Below are positions 39,363 through 49,050 of a stretch of 64,000 bases of DNA, in pieces. The DNA comes from Candidatus Xenobia bacterium (GTDB taxonomy: Bacteria > Vulcanimicrobiota > Xenobia > Xenobiales > QWHO01): NCBI GenBank assembly GCA_045863235.1, contig BTUM01000011.1, positions 1 to 64,000 of the forward strand, written 5' to 3'. Under the pieces are notes generated by a model. The model saw only the letters and a program-made list of their open reading frames with translations, was not told the DNA's origin and did not search any database. The position numbers and the translations under genes were made by a program. The first letter of the stretch is position 1. Each line of letters starts with the position of its first letter.

Positions 39363-41167
39363 TGACGTCATCCGATGTCCCCAGCAGAACTACCGTTTCC
39401 CGTGCAAAGTCCGAGGGCGCCCTCATCGCTCTGGCAGCGGGTGACGCCCTCGGTTGGCCGCAGGAGTTCGCAGGGCGGGAACGCGCAAAGCTGCGGTTGC
39501 AGGCATCCCCAGCCTTCCGCGATTGGGAACGTAGCAGTGGGGGCCGCTACTACGCGTACTCTGAGACGATCCGCGCGGGCGAGTATAGCGACGACACGCA
39601 ACTCACACTTGCGACCGCCCGCTGCCGCATCCATGCGGGGGCAGCTTGGTGGGCGCACTTTACACGAAATGAGTTGCCACTCTGGACCATCTACGAGCGC
39701 GGTGGCGGCGGGGCAACCAAGCGAGCGGCCGAGAGTTGGCTCCGAGGAAGGGCGCCGTGGAAGCAAGCCGACGGGACAGCGGTCCGGCGATACTTCGATG
39801 CGGGGGGGAACGGGGTGACGATGCGAGTCGTCCCGCACGCCATATATTTCGCATCGGATGAAGATCCGACTAACCTACTCCGAGATGTCGTCATGGATGG
39901 CGCCGCCACGCACGGTCACCCTCGTGCGCTCGTTGGTGCCGCGGCATACGCATACGCAGCCTGGTGGCTCTTGCGGGCACATGAGACGGTTGGGTTTGGT
40001 GAGTTAATCACCGTCCTCCTAGACAACGCATCCAGGTGGGGAGCATTGCCCGGAGCCTCTGCCGCCAAGAATGGCTGGTTGGATGCCGCCGACAAAGTCG
40101 TCGGTAACTACGAGAAACTATGGACCGACGTTGTTGAAGAGACACGATCTCTTCTCGCATGCGTGCGAAGCGGCTTGTCGGCGGGCGCCCTCTCAGATGA
40201 TGAAGAAGTTCTGGCTAAGCTAGGTGCCTTTGGAAAAGCCAAAGGCGCAGGGACAGTAAGTGCAGCAGCAGCGATCTACCTGGCTGCTCGCTACGCAGCG
40301 CAACCAACTCAAGGTGTCCTTCGAGCTGCCTTCGCGGTCGGTGCTGACACAGACACGATAGCTGCGATGACGGGCGGACTTCTTGGGGCTCTCGCGGGCA
40401 CCGATTGGATTCCTGAAGAGTGGTTCGAGGTTCAGGACTGTCAGTACCTTCGGCACATCGCAAACAAGGTTGCAGCGCGCGCGACATCGGAAGTTGCCGA
40501 ATCGCACTACGTTACCGTGAAGGAAATCGATGCATTGATCGGTCGATTGGTGGTCGGCTCTAAGGAGGATGTCGACTTCGACTTCGGCGGCACGCGTCGC
40601 GTCCGTGTCATTGAGTCCTGGGCCCCCCCTGCAGCTTCGAATACGACAGTCGTTCAAGCCTGGCGGTTTCAGGTCTCCGACGGGCAAACGTTGTTCATGA
40701 GGAAGCTCGGCAGGAAGTCGAGGGATGATGGTGCTCCCAGTGGCAATCGAGGCGCTTTGGAATCGCCTGCCTCCGCACACCAGGCGCACCTCAAGATCGA
40801 AGCGCGAGCCGCGGGCGTAAAGCTAAGCGTCAGGGACCTAGCTACTTCAAGCGCGTTCTACGAAGGAGTGCTTGGCCTTACGGCAATGAAGAAGACGATT
40901 AATTTCGTTTCATTCGGCGCGCTATCGCTTGTCGACGGCAGGTACGCTGTAGAGCTCTCGGGCGGTGCGGTTGCTCTCGATGCTGCTGGCATGCGCAACA
41001 GGGTCGAGGTCCACGTGCCGGACCTCGGCACAATCAATGAAAGACTCGATAAAGATGGCGTGCGAATAGTGCAGCCAGTCGCGTCGATGCCGTGGGGTGA
41101 GCGATGCCTGCACTGCCTTGATCCCGACGGAAACCTCGTCGAGGTCGTCGAAAGGCGCGTCCGATGA
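39362..41167 (+). CDS. ADP-ribosylglycohydrolase (DraG/ARH family) fused to a C-terminal VOC/glyoxalase domain
   Basis: AGDALG, YSDDTQLT, GNGVTMR, THGHP, GADTDTIAAMTGGLLGA. C-terminal VRDLATSSAFYEGVLG...MPWGER...DPDGNLVE. TGATG coupling with darT. Confidence 0.9.
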   Translation: MTSSDVPSRTTVSRAKSEGALIALAAGDALGWPQEFAGRERAKLRLQASPAFRDWERSSGGRYYAYSETIRAGEYSDDTQLTLATARCRIHAGAAWWAHFTRNELPLWTIYERGGGGATKRAAESWLRGRAPWKQADGTAVRRYFDAGGNGVTMRVVPHAIYFASDEDPTNLLRDVVMDGAATHGHPRALVGAAAYAYAAWWLLRAHETVGFGELITVLLDNASRWGALPGASAAKNGWLDAADKVVGNYEKLWTDVVEETRSLLACVRSGLSAGALSDDEEVLAKLGAFGKAKGAGTVSAAAAIYLAARYAAQPTQGVLRAAFAVGADTDTIAAMTGGLLGALAGTDWIPEEWFEVQDCQYLRHIANKVAARATSEVAESHYVTVKEIDALIGRLVVGSKEDVDFDFGGTRRVRVIESWAPPAASNTTVVQAWRFQVSDGQTLFMRKLGRKSRDDGAPSGNRGALESPASAHQAHLKIEARAAGVKLSVRDLATSSAFYEGVLGLTAMKKTINFVSFGALSLVDGRYAVELSGGAVALDAAGMRNRVEVHVPDLGTINERLDKDGVRIVQPVASMPWGERCLHCLDPDGNLVEVVERRVR

Positions 41168-41549
41168 CGAGCACAGGTCCGCGTAACAGGTAGGGGGCGT
41201 CTTACCGGGTCGTCATCGCTACCATCTAGCCAGTCACGTCTCAGTCTCGTTCAACTGGGTCACCAGGCGTCGGTTTCCCGTAGAGTGATCGGCTTCCCGT
41301 GGAATACGGACATATCCGAGATCTGGTACCAACGGATGCGGTACCTCCTCGAGCGCCTGGTGGACCCGGAGGCGCGGGAGAGGTTGGCGCAAGCAAGCTT
41401 GGCCATCGACTTGGGGCCGAGGTGAGTTTTCGACAGGAGATTCGTTTTCAAGTTCGCCAACCTCTGCCCCCAATGGCACCACCTCGGGACATAGAAGGAA
41501 ATTCAACCTTCTCGGGGAACTTTTTCAATGCGTGGCTTCAGATTCGCCC

Positions 41550-42857
41550 ATGAAGCAGTGGCATGAGTTTCGGGACCCTATCCATGGGTTCGTTCGTGTC
41601 GATTCGGATGAGCGGAAGGTCATCGACAGCAGACCGTTCCAGCGTCTTAGACACATCCACCAGTTGGCGCTGACCTATCTGGTCTATCCATCAGCGTCCC
41701 ATAAGAGGTTCGAACATTCTCTCGGCGTGATGGAGCTGGCGAGCCGGGTATTTGACGCCATTTTCTCCAAGTGGGATGATCCGGTCAAGAAACTTCTACC
41801 CAAGTTAATAGAAGACAAGAAGTTGAAATACTGGCGGACGGTCTTAAGACTGGCCGCACTCCTGCATGACATCGGTCATCTTCCCTTCTCCCATGCGGCC
41901 GAAGCGCAACTGCTTCCCGACGACTACGACCACGAGCGCATTGGTTGGGACCTGATCACAACTGATGCCAACTTGAAGACAGCTTTTGAAGGCTCCGATC
42001 CACCGGTGCGAAGCGAGGACGTTGCACGAATCGCGGTCGGGAAGGTGGATGGGCAGAGAGAGCTCGAGCCCCACGAGAAGCTCTTGAACAGCATTATCAC
42101 AGGAGATGCCTTCGGAGTTGATCGGATCGACTATCTTCTCCGTGATGCCCATCACTGTGGAGTGGCCTACGGTCGTTTCGACCATTACCGGCTCATCGAT
42201 ACCCTGTTAATCCTAATTGCTCCAAAAACAGGACAACCAGCGATCGGCGTGGAGCATGGTGGCCTCCAGGCGGCCGAATCACTCAATCTTGCACGGTATT
42301 TGATGTTCTCTCAAGTCTACCTCCACCCTGTTCGGCGGGCCTATGACAAGCATCTCCAGAGCTTTCTGAGCCTGTGGTTGGAAGAAGGCAAGTTCAAGAC
42401 GACTCCAGCCTGCTTTCTAGCGATCACCGATAACGAAATTCTGGCTGCAATCCACGAAGCGGCTTACGATGAAGGAAACAAAATGCACGGAGCGGCCCAA
42501 CGTATCTGGTGCCGTAATCACTTCAAAATCCTCTACCAGGCTGGACCCCAGGACGGTCCGGAAATGATGAAGCTGCTCGGCAAAGAAGCGGAGAACAAGT
42601 TCCCCGACGACGTTTTTCACGATGATTATCAAAAGAACAGCTCCGTGAACTTTCCAGTCTTGAAGCGGGACAACCAGGTCGGAGAGTCTCTGCAGGAGTC
42701 GCACGTTCTCAGAAACCTTCCTCCCATCGGCGTCAACGCGCTCATGGCCAGTTCAAATCTTGAAATCCAAAAGAAAATCAACGAGTGGCTCGTGCCGCGT
42801 TCAGCGGAGCTAAGAGCTGCATTCCCAAAGGAGAAACCAGATGACAAGAAGGCCTGA
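41550..42857 (+). CDS. HD-domain phosphohydrolase (SAMHD1/YwfO-like, possible dNTPase)
   Basis: RDPIHG, FQRLRHIHQL, HKRFEHSLG, LLHDIGH, DRIDYLLRD. Confidence 0.9.
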   Translation: MKQWHEFRDPIHGFVRVDSDERKVIDSRPFQRLRHIHQLALTYLVYPSASHKRFEHSLGVMELASRVFDAIFSKWDDPVKKLLPKLIEDKKLKYWRTVLRLAALLHDIGHLPFSHAAEAQLLPDDYDHERIGWDLITTDANLKTAFEGSDPPVRSEDVARIAVGKVDGQRELEPHEKLLNSIITGDAFGVDRIDYLLRDAHHCGVAYGRFDHYRLIDTLLILIAPKTGQPAIGVEHGGLQAAESLNLARYLMFSQVYLHPVRRAYDKHLQSFLSLWLEEGKFKTTPACFLAITDNEILAAIHEAAYDEGNKMHGAAQRIWCRNHFKILYQAGPQDGPEMMKLLGKEAENKFPDDVFHDDYQKNSSVNFPVLKRDNQVGESLQESHVLRNLPPIGVNALMASSNLEIQKKINEWLVPRSAELRAAFPKEKPDDKKA

Positions 42858-43362
42858 CATTCAGATCCTGTTGGCTCTCATTCACGAGTGCCAGGAGCGG
42901 GAGGTTTCTCTGACGGAAACCACCGCACAGCAAATACTATTCCTCTATCAAGAGCTGAGCAACGACCAGGTGTTCCGTTTCGAGTGGAGCAGCTGGTCCC
43001 CCGAATGCTTCAATATCTTAGAAGTTCTCAATGAGCTAAGATGGTTCCAGCTGGCCCGGTACGAAACCTTGCCAGACGGATCCGCTACGCTTTGCCTTAC
43101 GAGCAAAGGCGTGTCACGACTTCAAGCATCGTCCCAAGAGCTTGGGAAGGCAATCGAAGACTATCTGGCATGGCCCTTTCAGCCATCCGGAAGCCTGGTG
43201 TCTGCGCTTTACATGCAGAGATATTGGGATAAGAAGATCTTCAAACAGGAGTTTGAGGCTCGTTTTCCCAATTTATCCGCCGAGAAAGTATTGCGGGAGC
43301 TCGCAACGTTGGCGAAGCCCATCGACAGCGAGGAGCGCCTCCCCGAGGAGGCCTGTGTCTAG
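42841..43362 (+). CDS. Hypothetical partner of the HD protein (winged-helix/YwgA-like)
   Basis: Overlaps the HD gene end. Pattern QQILFLYQE...FRF...SPEC...LTSKG. Confidence 0.55.
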   Translation: MTRRPDIQILLALIHECQEREVSLTETTAQQILFLYQELSNDQVFRFEWSSWSPECFNILEVLNELRWFQLARYETLPDGSATLCLTSKGVSRLQASSQELGKAIEDYLAWPFQPSGSLVSALYMQRYWDKKIFKQEFEARFPNLSAEKVLRELATLAKPIDSEERLPEEACV

Positions 43363-43499
43363 TCCCCGGCGCTTGAGCCGGGCACGCTTGCGTACGAGCT
43401 GGACGTCTTCGGTGAGCTTGCCATGCCGACACTGAGTCCGCACTGCTTGGTTGAGTGCACCGGGCGAGACAGATACCAAGTTCCAGTTCGAGGTGTCCT

Positions 43500-43521
43500 G
43501 GTACCAGTAGGGTACCAACTC
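43500..43521 (+). repeat. Putative integrase arm-type site, right copy
   Basis: GGTACCAGTAGGGTACCAACTC, 20/22 identical to 134-155. Confidence 0.6.
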
Positions 43522-43645
43522 CGCCAGAGTCTATGCCTCAAAGCAGAACTCAGACAAACAGCATAAAGAGACAAATTCTTTCAGGGAGCCATTCCAACAG
43601 TCACAACCGACCTCACCCCAACTCAGCCAAAGACCCCCATTGCGG

Positions 43646-43690
43646 ACTCGTAATGAGCATGTCGGGCGTTCGAATCGCTCCCCGGCTCCA
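43646..43690 (+). repeat. tRNA-Thr(CGT)-like 3'-half fragment, right attachment site (attR-like)
   Basis: ACTCGTAATGAGCATGTCGGGCGTTCGAATCGCTCCCCGGCTCCA includes the anticodon loop CT-CGT-AA. 43656-43690 matches 48-83 with one substitution and one deletion. Confidence 0.85.
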
Positions 43691-43697
43691 GCTTGGA

Positions 43698-43720
43698 AGC
43701 CCGCTACGGTGGGCTCTTTC
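43698..43720 (+). terminator. Hairpin after the right tRNA fragment
   Basis: AGCCCGC-TAC-GGTGGGCT followed by CTTT. Confidence 0.4.
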
Positions 43721-43988
43721 ATCGCAAAGCGCGGCAGCCAAAGTTGTGCCGGTTTCTGGCTCTGGGGACCTGGGGGGACCATTCTGCCGACCGGCCTGGT
43801 TATGGGCGTTGGGCTCGCTCGGAGGCGGAGGGCCTTTGTGCTCGCCAGCCGTTAGGTCAGCTGCGTGTCAGCCACGCCGGTCGCTTCCGCTTGTTCGATA
43901 TTGGGCAATAATCCATCAAGGGCAGCACTTTTTCCGCAAGAACGACCCCGGTCGACATCTTCGAAACTACGCTCACCGATCAGGCAAG

Positions 43989-45137
43989 CTACGGAGCGCC
44001 TGCGAGCTCTCGGTGGACCCAGGGAAACCGAATGAACTCCTGCTCCAACCGGAGCGAAGGCGCGTACCGATGGCGGACGAGGTCGAGGTACAGCTCTCGC
44101 TCCTCCGGGGTCAGCCGGAAAACATCCTCGGCGGTCGCCTTCTTCTCGGTGACCCAGCTCGACCGGTGCTCGAGCAGCGTGGCACGGTCCATCATGAGCG
44201 AGCGGGTCTGGGGAAAGTGCTCTCGCAAGCGATGGAGGATGGCGAACCCGTGCGTATCGATGTCGCCCCAGTAGTAGATGGGGCGGTCCTTGAGCCAGGT
44301 GGCGCGGTCCATCGTCTCGACCAGATAGCCCGACCCGAAGACCACCAGGCTGTCGGGCAGGCGCGGGAAGGCCAGCACGTTGATCTCGTTCTCCGCGATG
44401 AAGATGCGGCTGACGCTGGGCGCGAAGCGCGCGAACTCGTCGCGAGCCAGCGAGAGGTCGGTGAGCTCGGGGGGTAGCTCCTGGACACTGTCGAGCAGGC
44501 GAAAGCGCACGCGCGTTGGCTTCTGCAGGAACCCGAATCGCCCTTCGAAGTTGCCCGCCTCAGCGTCCACCGCCTCGGCCGGGAGCGCCAGCTCCAGCAG
44601 TTCGCGCAGCACCGTCTTGTGCTGCTCGATGAACTTGGTGTGGACGCCAGGGAAATCGACCTGCCGCACAAACACTCCGGGCCGCGGATTGACCTTTAGC
44701 CAAGACGTCACGTCCAGCAGGGAGGCCCAGCTGTCGGCCAGCTCCAGGGCCCTCAGCGGGCGGCGTAGGAGCCAGGGCAGCGCCTCCGGGCAGCGCGCCC
44801 GGGTCTCCTCGGTCAGGCACCGGAAGCGGGCCCAGTCGCGAGTCTTGCCGATGAGTGCCAGAGCCGCCTCTGGCGTGTCCAGCCAGACCCGCACGGGCAC
44901 CTCGTTGCGACCGATCACACGGTGGCGCACGCTGCGCATCTCCAAGCGATAGGCCGGGGAGCGCAGGCCCGCGATCCAATCCTGCACGGCGGCAAAGCGG
45001 CTGGCGAGCTCGTCTGAGGTCGGACCCTTAAGCGGGATGCGCAGCGGGAACAGCTGCTCCCCTTCCGCTAGGAGGCGCCCCTGGTCCCACAGCCTGCGAA
45101 CCCGCTTGCGCACCTCCGCCTGCGTGGTCCAGCTCAA
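43989..45137 (-). CDS. jetD: Wadjet nuclease JetD (DUF3322 + DUF2220/Toprim)
   Basis: GVHTKFIE, ENEIN, YWGDIDTHGFAIL, RLEQE. Last gene of the four-gene operon. Confidence 0.9.
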   Translation of the reverse strand: MSWTTQAEVRKRVRRLWDQGRLLAEGEQLFPLRIPLKGPTSDELASRFAAVQDWIAGLRSPAYRLEMRSVRHRVIGRNEVPVRVWLDTPEAALALIGKTRDWARFRCLTEETRARCPEALPWLLRRPLRALELADSWASLLDVTSWLKVNPRPGVFVRQVDFPGVHTKFIEQHKTVLRELLELALPAEAVDAEAGNFEGRFGFLQKPTRVRFRLLDSVQELPPELTDLSLARDEFARFAPSVSRIFIAENEINVLAFPRLPDSLVVFGSGYLVETMDRATWLKDRPIYYWGDIDTHGFAILHRLREHFPQTRSLMMDRATLLEHRSSWVTEKKATAEDVFRLTPEERELYLDLVRHRYAPSLRLEQEFIRFPWVHRELAGAP

Positions 45138-48100
45138 GTCTGTCGGGCTTCCTTGAGGGCCTGGTACTCCTCGATCGTGAGATTCTGGAGCAGCGACTCG
45201 CGCCCGTCGCGATTGGAGACGAATCCCACGCAGGAGACGTAGGGCTCGATGATGTGGATCTTTTGCAGCGGCGTCACGATGAGGAGCTGGATGTTCAGCT
45301 TGCGAAAGAGGTCGAGCCCGAACTGAGCCGACTCGTCGGAGGCGCGCCCGAAGGCCTCGTCGATGACCACGAAATGGAAGCTGCGCGAACGCTCCGTTCC
45401 GAGCTCCATGTTGAACTGGTAGACCAGACTGGCGGCCAGAATGGTATAGGCCAGCTTCTCCTTTTGCCCCCCGGACTTGCCGGACGAGTCGCTGTAGTGG
45501 TCGAACTCCGAGTCGTCCGCGCGATACCGTTCCGAGGCCGAGAACGTGAACCAGTTGCGCACGTCGGTCACCTTGCGGGTCCAGCGCTTGTCCAGGTCCG
45601 ACTGCCCTTCCCGGCCCCGGAACCGCTCGATGATGCCCCGCACGCGCAGGAACTTCGTCTCGGAGTATTGCTCCTCGTCCGAGCCGGTGAGCGCCCCTTC
45701 AGTGCAGCTGCGCAGCTCGGACTGGAAATCGCGGATCTCCGCGTCAGTCGTGGACTTGGGAACGAGTTTGATGTAACGGCCCGGCGTGTAGTCGATATCC
45801 TGCAGGGAGCGGTTGATCTGATCGATCCGCTCATTGATGCTCTCGCGCTCCTTGGCGAGCTGCGACTGGAAGTTGGCGATCTCGCGGATGGTGTTCTCGT
45901 TGAGCAACTCCTTGAAGCGGGCTTCAAAGCGAGGCAGATCGTCCTCGTGCAAACGGATCAGGAGGGCGCGATACTCCACCGCCGCCTCCACGCTGGCATC
46001 CATCTCATGGCTCTCCAGCGGGAAGGCCTCGCGGAAGTCGGTCATGCGCAGGAGCACTTTCTCGCGCAACGAGGCGACCTGCTTGCTCTCCGAATCGATC
46101 CTGCCTTGCAGGTGCTCGCGCACCTCGCGTTCGCGGGCGTCACACGACTTGAGCGAGAGCTCGACCAGTCCCAGTTCCTTGGTCCGCAGCGCCTCCAGGC
46201 GCGGGAACTGCGCGCTCTGCTCGTCGGTGGGCAACGGCAGCTCGGCGAGCAGCTCGCGCGCGCTCAGCGACTTGTCCTCCGTGACGCGGAGATCACCCCT
46301 TTCGTCCGTGAGCCGGTGGCGGGTTTCCGTCAGCTGCCCTTCCAGCTCGGCCAGCTGCCGGGTGAGCTCGCGCAGCAGGTCGGAGGCCTTCTCGAGCGCC
46401 GCCCGCTGCTCCTCGAGCGCGGCGATCTCCAGCACCACCGGCTGCCAGTCCAGCTCGCGGTAGTCAGCGTACTCGTCTAGTTTGCCCAGCGCTGTCAGCA
46501 CTTCTTTGAGTCGACTGGCCTCGCTCTTGAGCCTGGCCACCGTGGCCCCGTGCCCGGCGATGACCGCTTCGAGATCCCGGCGCTGCTTGTCGAGCGCTGC
46601 GATCTTCGCTTCGTTGGACCAGCCCAGCACGAACCGACTGCGATCGTTGAGGGCGTGCCGGTCGTCCTTCTCGTGCTTGCCGTCGGGCGACTTCACCTGG
46701 CCCGCCCGCGTGACGGCTTTCGATTCCCGGCGGAACTGCTCGATGCTGCTGCTGCAGACATGGTCGAAGCGCCGGCGGAGTTCGCTCTCCAGCCAGCCGA
46801 AGTGAGGCGTGTCTGGCTTGAGCTCCAGCTTGCCCGCCAGCGTCTGCACGGGCAGCCCCGGGCGCGAGGAGACCGGGGCGGCCAAGACCTTGTAGTAGAC
46901 CAACCGGCCCCGCAGGCGTGTGCGGTCGACCCACTCCGAGACCTGCGCGTAGTGGCGCTCGGGCACCAGCAGAGACAGCGCGAAGTTGCGCAAGAGGCGC
47001 TCGGCGGCACCCTCCCAGTCCCTCTCGTCGTCGCGCACCTGGACCAGCTCTCCCGCGAAGGGCAGGTCGCGCTCGGCCAAGCCCAGCTCGCCGCACAGGT
47101 AGGCCCGCGTCTCGATCTGGGCCTGCTCGATATTGCTGCGCCGGGCTCGCAGGCCGCGCAGCTCGACCTCCAGCGCCTGATGCTCCGAGCGCTTCTGCTT
47201 GAGCTCGAACTCCGTCTCGCTGAGCTCATTCTCCCGCTCGGCCACGAGGGCTTCGTTCTGCCCGCGCAGGCGGCCGCACTCGTCGCGCTGGCGGCTGAAG
47301 TCCTCCAGCGTCTGGGTGACCGCCAGCCCCGCCGTGCGTGCCAGCTCCGCGTAGCGCCCGTGTCGCTTCTGGCGCCGCTCCTGCTCCTTGACCCTGTCCG
47401 CGATCTCGCCTTTCAGGCGCTCCAGGCGATCGCCGCCGTTGTCTGAGATGGCCCGTTTCAGCTCTCCCTGGCGACGCTCCTGACGCGCCTGCGTCTCCTC
47501 GAGCTCGGCGATCTGGACCTGGAGCTTTCCCGTCTTGAGGCCCAGGTTCCCGAGACGCTCCTCTAAGAGCCCGCGTTTGAGGCTCCCGAAGTAGGCCTTC
47601 AGGCTGTCGCGGCCGAGCTTCATCTCCTCGACCTCGGCCAGCAGAGCCGTGAGTGCGTCGCAGTCCCCAACCAGGGGAGCCAACTTCTCCACCTGGGCCC
47701 GGGCCCGCAGGACCGCTTCGTGAGCGCGATTCAGGTTGTCGAAGTGGGCGATCAGGTCGCCAATGCGGGCTTCCACTTCGAATTCCTCGAGCATGTGCTG
47801 GCGGACGAAGTCGGTCAGGTTCCCCACTGACTTCATCGAGACGGTCTGGTGAAACAGCTCCAGAGCTTGCTCTGACTGGATGCCGAAGCGCCGCCGGAAG
47901 TGCGCCGAGTAGCTCGAGAAGCTGTCGAACAGCTCCACCTTCTGAGCTTTGAGCCGTTTCTTGAGGGCCGCCACCTCGCTGCCGAAGTTGGCGAAGTGCT
48001 CGCGGATGGTCAGCCCCTCGTCGGCCACCGCGTAGAGGCGCTCCGGCTTCCCCCCGACCTCTCGCATCCAGAAGACCTGCGCCAGCGTGACCGTCTGGCG

Positions 48101-48496
48101 GTAACCGCGATTGCGAAAAACGCCCAGGATGACCGAGTAGCTGTTGTGGTCGCGCAGGCCGACGGGCTTAGCGGAGGAGCTCGTGTCCGCCAGCTCGGAC
48201 TTGTAGTAGCCCAGCACGTAGGAGCGCAGGCTGCGCTCCTTGGCGTCGGCCCCGGCCGCCTTGTTGAACTGCACGCGGTGAGCCGGAACCAGCAGCGTGG
48301 TGATAGCGTCCACCAGCGTCGACTTGCCCGAGCCGATGTCGCCGGTGAGGAGTGCATTCCGCCCCGTCGGGCGAAAGGCCCAGGCGCGCTGGTCGAACGT
48401 GCCCCAGTTGTACACCTCGAAGCGCTCCAGGCGGAACCCCGCCAGGTTTGGCTCGTTCTCCGCCTCGAGCAGGCTATGCAGCAGCTCGTCCATCAT
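45134..48496 (-). CDS. jetC: Wadjet SMC-like ATPase JetC
   Basis: NWGTF, GDIGSGKST, long coiled coil, KSGGQKEKL, VVIDEAF. Confidence 0.93.
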   Translation of the reverse strand: MMDELLHSLLEAENEPNLAGFRLERFEVYNWGTFDQRAWAFRPTGRNALLTGDIGSGKSTLVDAITTLLVPAHRVQFNKAAGADAKERSLRSYVLGYYKSELADTSSSAKPVGLRDHNSYSVILGVFRNRGYRQTVTLAQVFWMREVGGKPERLYAVADEGLTIREHFANFGSEVAALKKRLKAQKVELFDSFSSYSAHFRRRFGIQSEQALELFHQTVSMKSVGNLTDFVRQHMLEEFEVEARIGDLIAHFDNLNRAHEAVLRARAQVEKLAPLVGDCDALTALLAEVEEMKLGRDSLKAYFGSLKRGLLEERLGNLGLKTGKLQVQIAELEETQARQERRQGELKRAISDNGGDRLERLKGEIADRVKEQERRQKRHGRYAELARTAGLAVTQTLEDFSRQRDECGRLRGQNEALVAERENELSETEFELKQKRSEHQALEVELRGLRARRSNIEQAQIETRAYLCGELGLAERDLPFAGELVQVRDDERDWEGAAERLLRNFALSLLVPERHYAQVSEWVDRTRLRGRLVYYKVLAAPVSSRPGLPVQTLAGKLELKPDTPHFGWLESELRRRFDHVCSSSIEQFRRESKAVTRAGQVKSPDGKHEKDDRHALNDRSRFVLGWSNEAKIAALDKQRRDLEAVIAGHGATVARLKSEASRLKEVLTALGKLDEYADYRELDWQPVVLEIAALEEQRAALEKASDLLRELTRQLAELEGQLTETRHRLTDERGDLRVTEDKSLSARELLAELPLPTDEQSAQFPRLEALRTKELGLVELSLKSCDAREREVREHLQGRIDSESKQVASLREKVLLRMTDFREAFPLESHEMDASVEAAVEYRALLIRLHEDDLPRFEARFKELLNENTIREIANFQSQLAKERESINERIDQINRSLQDIDYTPGRYIKLVPKSTTDAEIRDFQSELRSCTEGALTGSDEEQYSETKFLRVRGIIERFRGREGQSDLDKRWTRKVTDVRNWFTFSASERYRADDSEFDHYSDSSGKSGGQKEKLAYTILAASLVYQFNMELGTERSRSFHFVVIDEAFGRASDESAQFGLDLFRKLNIQLLIVTPLQKIHIIEPYVSCVGFVSNRDGRESLLQNLTIEEYQALKEARQT

Positions 48497-49050
48497 ACCT
48501 CCGCGTAGGCCGCCAGGCGGCCTTCCAGCTCGCTCAGCCACTGCGCATCCACGAACGCCTTCAGGATGCGGCGCACCTCGTATTCCTGCTCTTTGAGGCG
48601 CTTGACGAAGCCCATGTCGATCAGCTTATTCAGGTCGGCTTCCACCTTGTCGACCCGCTTGGCGTCGTTGCTGCCCTCCGGCTGGAAGAGGCGCACCAGC
48701 TCGCCGATCTCGTCGCGGCGCAGAACAAGCCGGGTCGACCCTCCCGCCGCGTCGAGCTCGGCCAGCTTGCGCCGCAGGAGAGCGATGAGCAGGCTGAGCG
48801 ACCAGGTGAGCTGCCTCTTCACCACCAGGCGGGGCAAGGGCGCCTCGTCCTCCCCCCGCGCGCGCTGCCGGAGGAAGGCATATCCCTCCGATTCGTCCAG
48901 GAAGAGCTCCAGACCCATCACCTTGACGTAGTCCCGCACGGCCGACTGGAGGTTCAGCAGGCCGGACCACACCGCCGGGTCCTGGTCCTGGTAGACTACC
49001 CCTTTGAGCAGTGGGATGACAATTCCCGACAGTTCCGCTACCGGCTGCAC
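48493..49050 (-). CDS. jetB: Wadjet JetB (DUF4194)
   Basis: LLKGVVY, LDESEGYAFLRQ, LRRKLAE, YEVRRILKAFVDAQWL. Confidence 0.9.
   Translation of the reverse strand: MQPVAELSGIVIPLLKGVVYQDQDPAVWSGLLNLQSAVRDYVKVMGLELFLDESEGYAFLRQRARGEDEAPLPRLVVKRQLTWSLSLLIALLRRKLAELDAAGGSTRLVLRRDEIGELVRLFQPEGSNDAKRVDKVEADLNKLIDMGFVKRLKEQEYEVRRILKAFVDAQWLSELEGRLAAYAEV

Noticed and set aside
41170..41540. Small ORFs between the ARH and HD genes
   Set aside because: Short and motif-less in all frames; at most a remnant.
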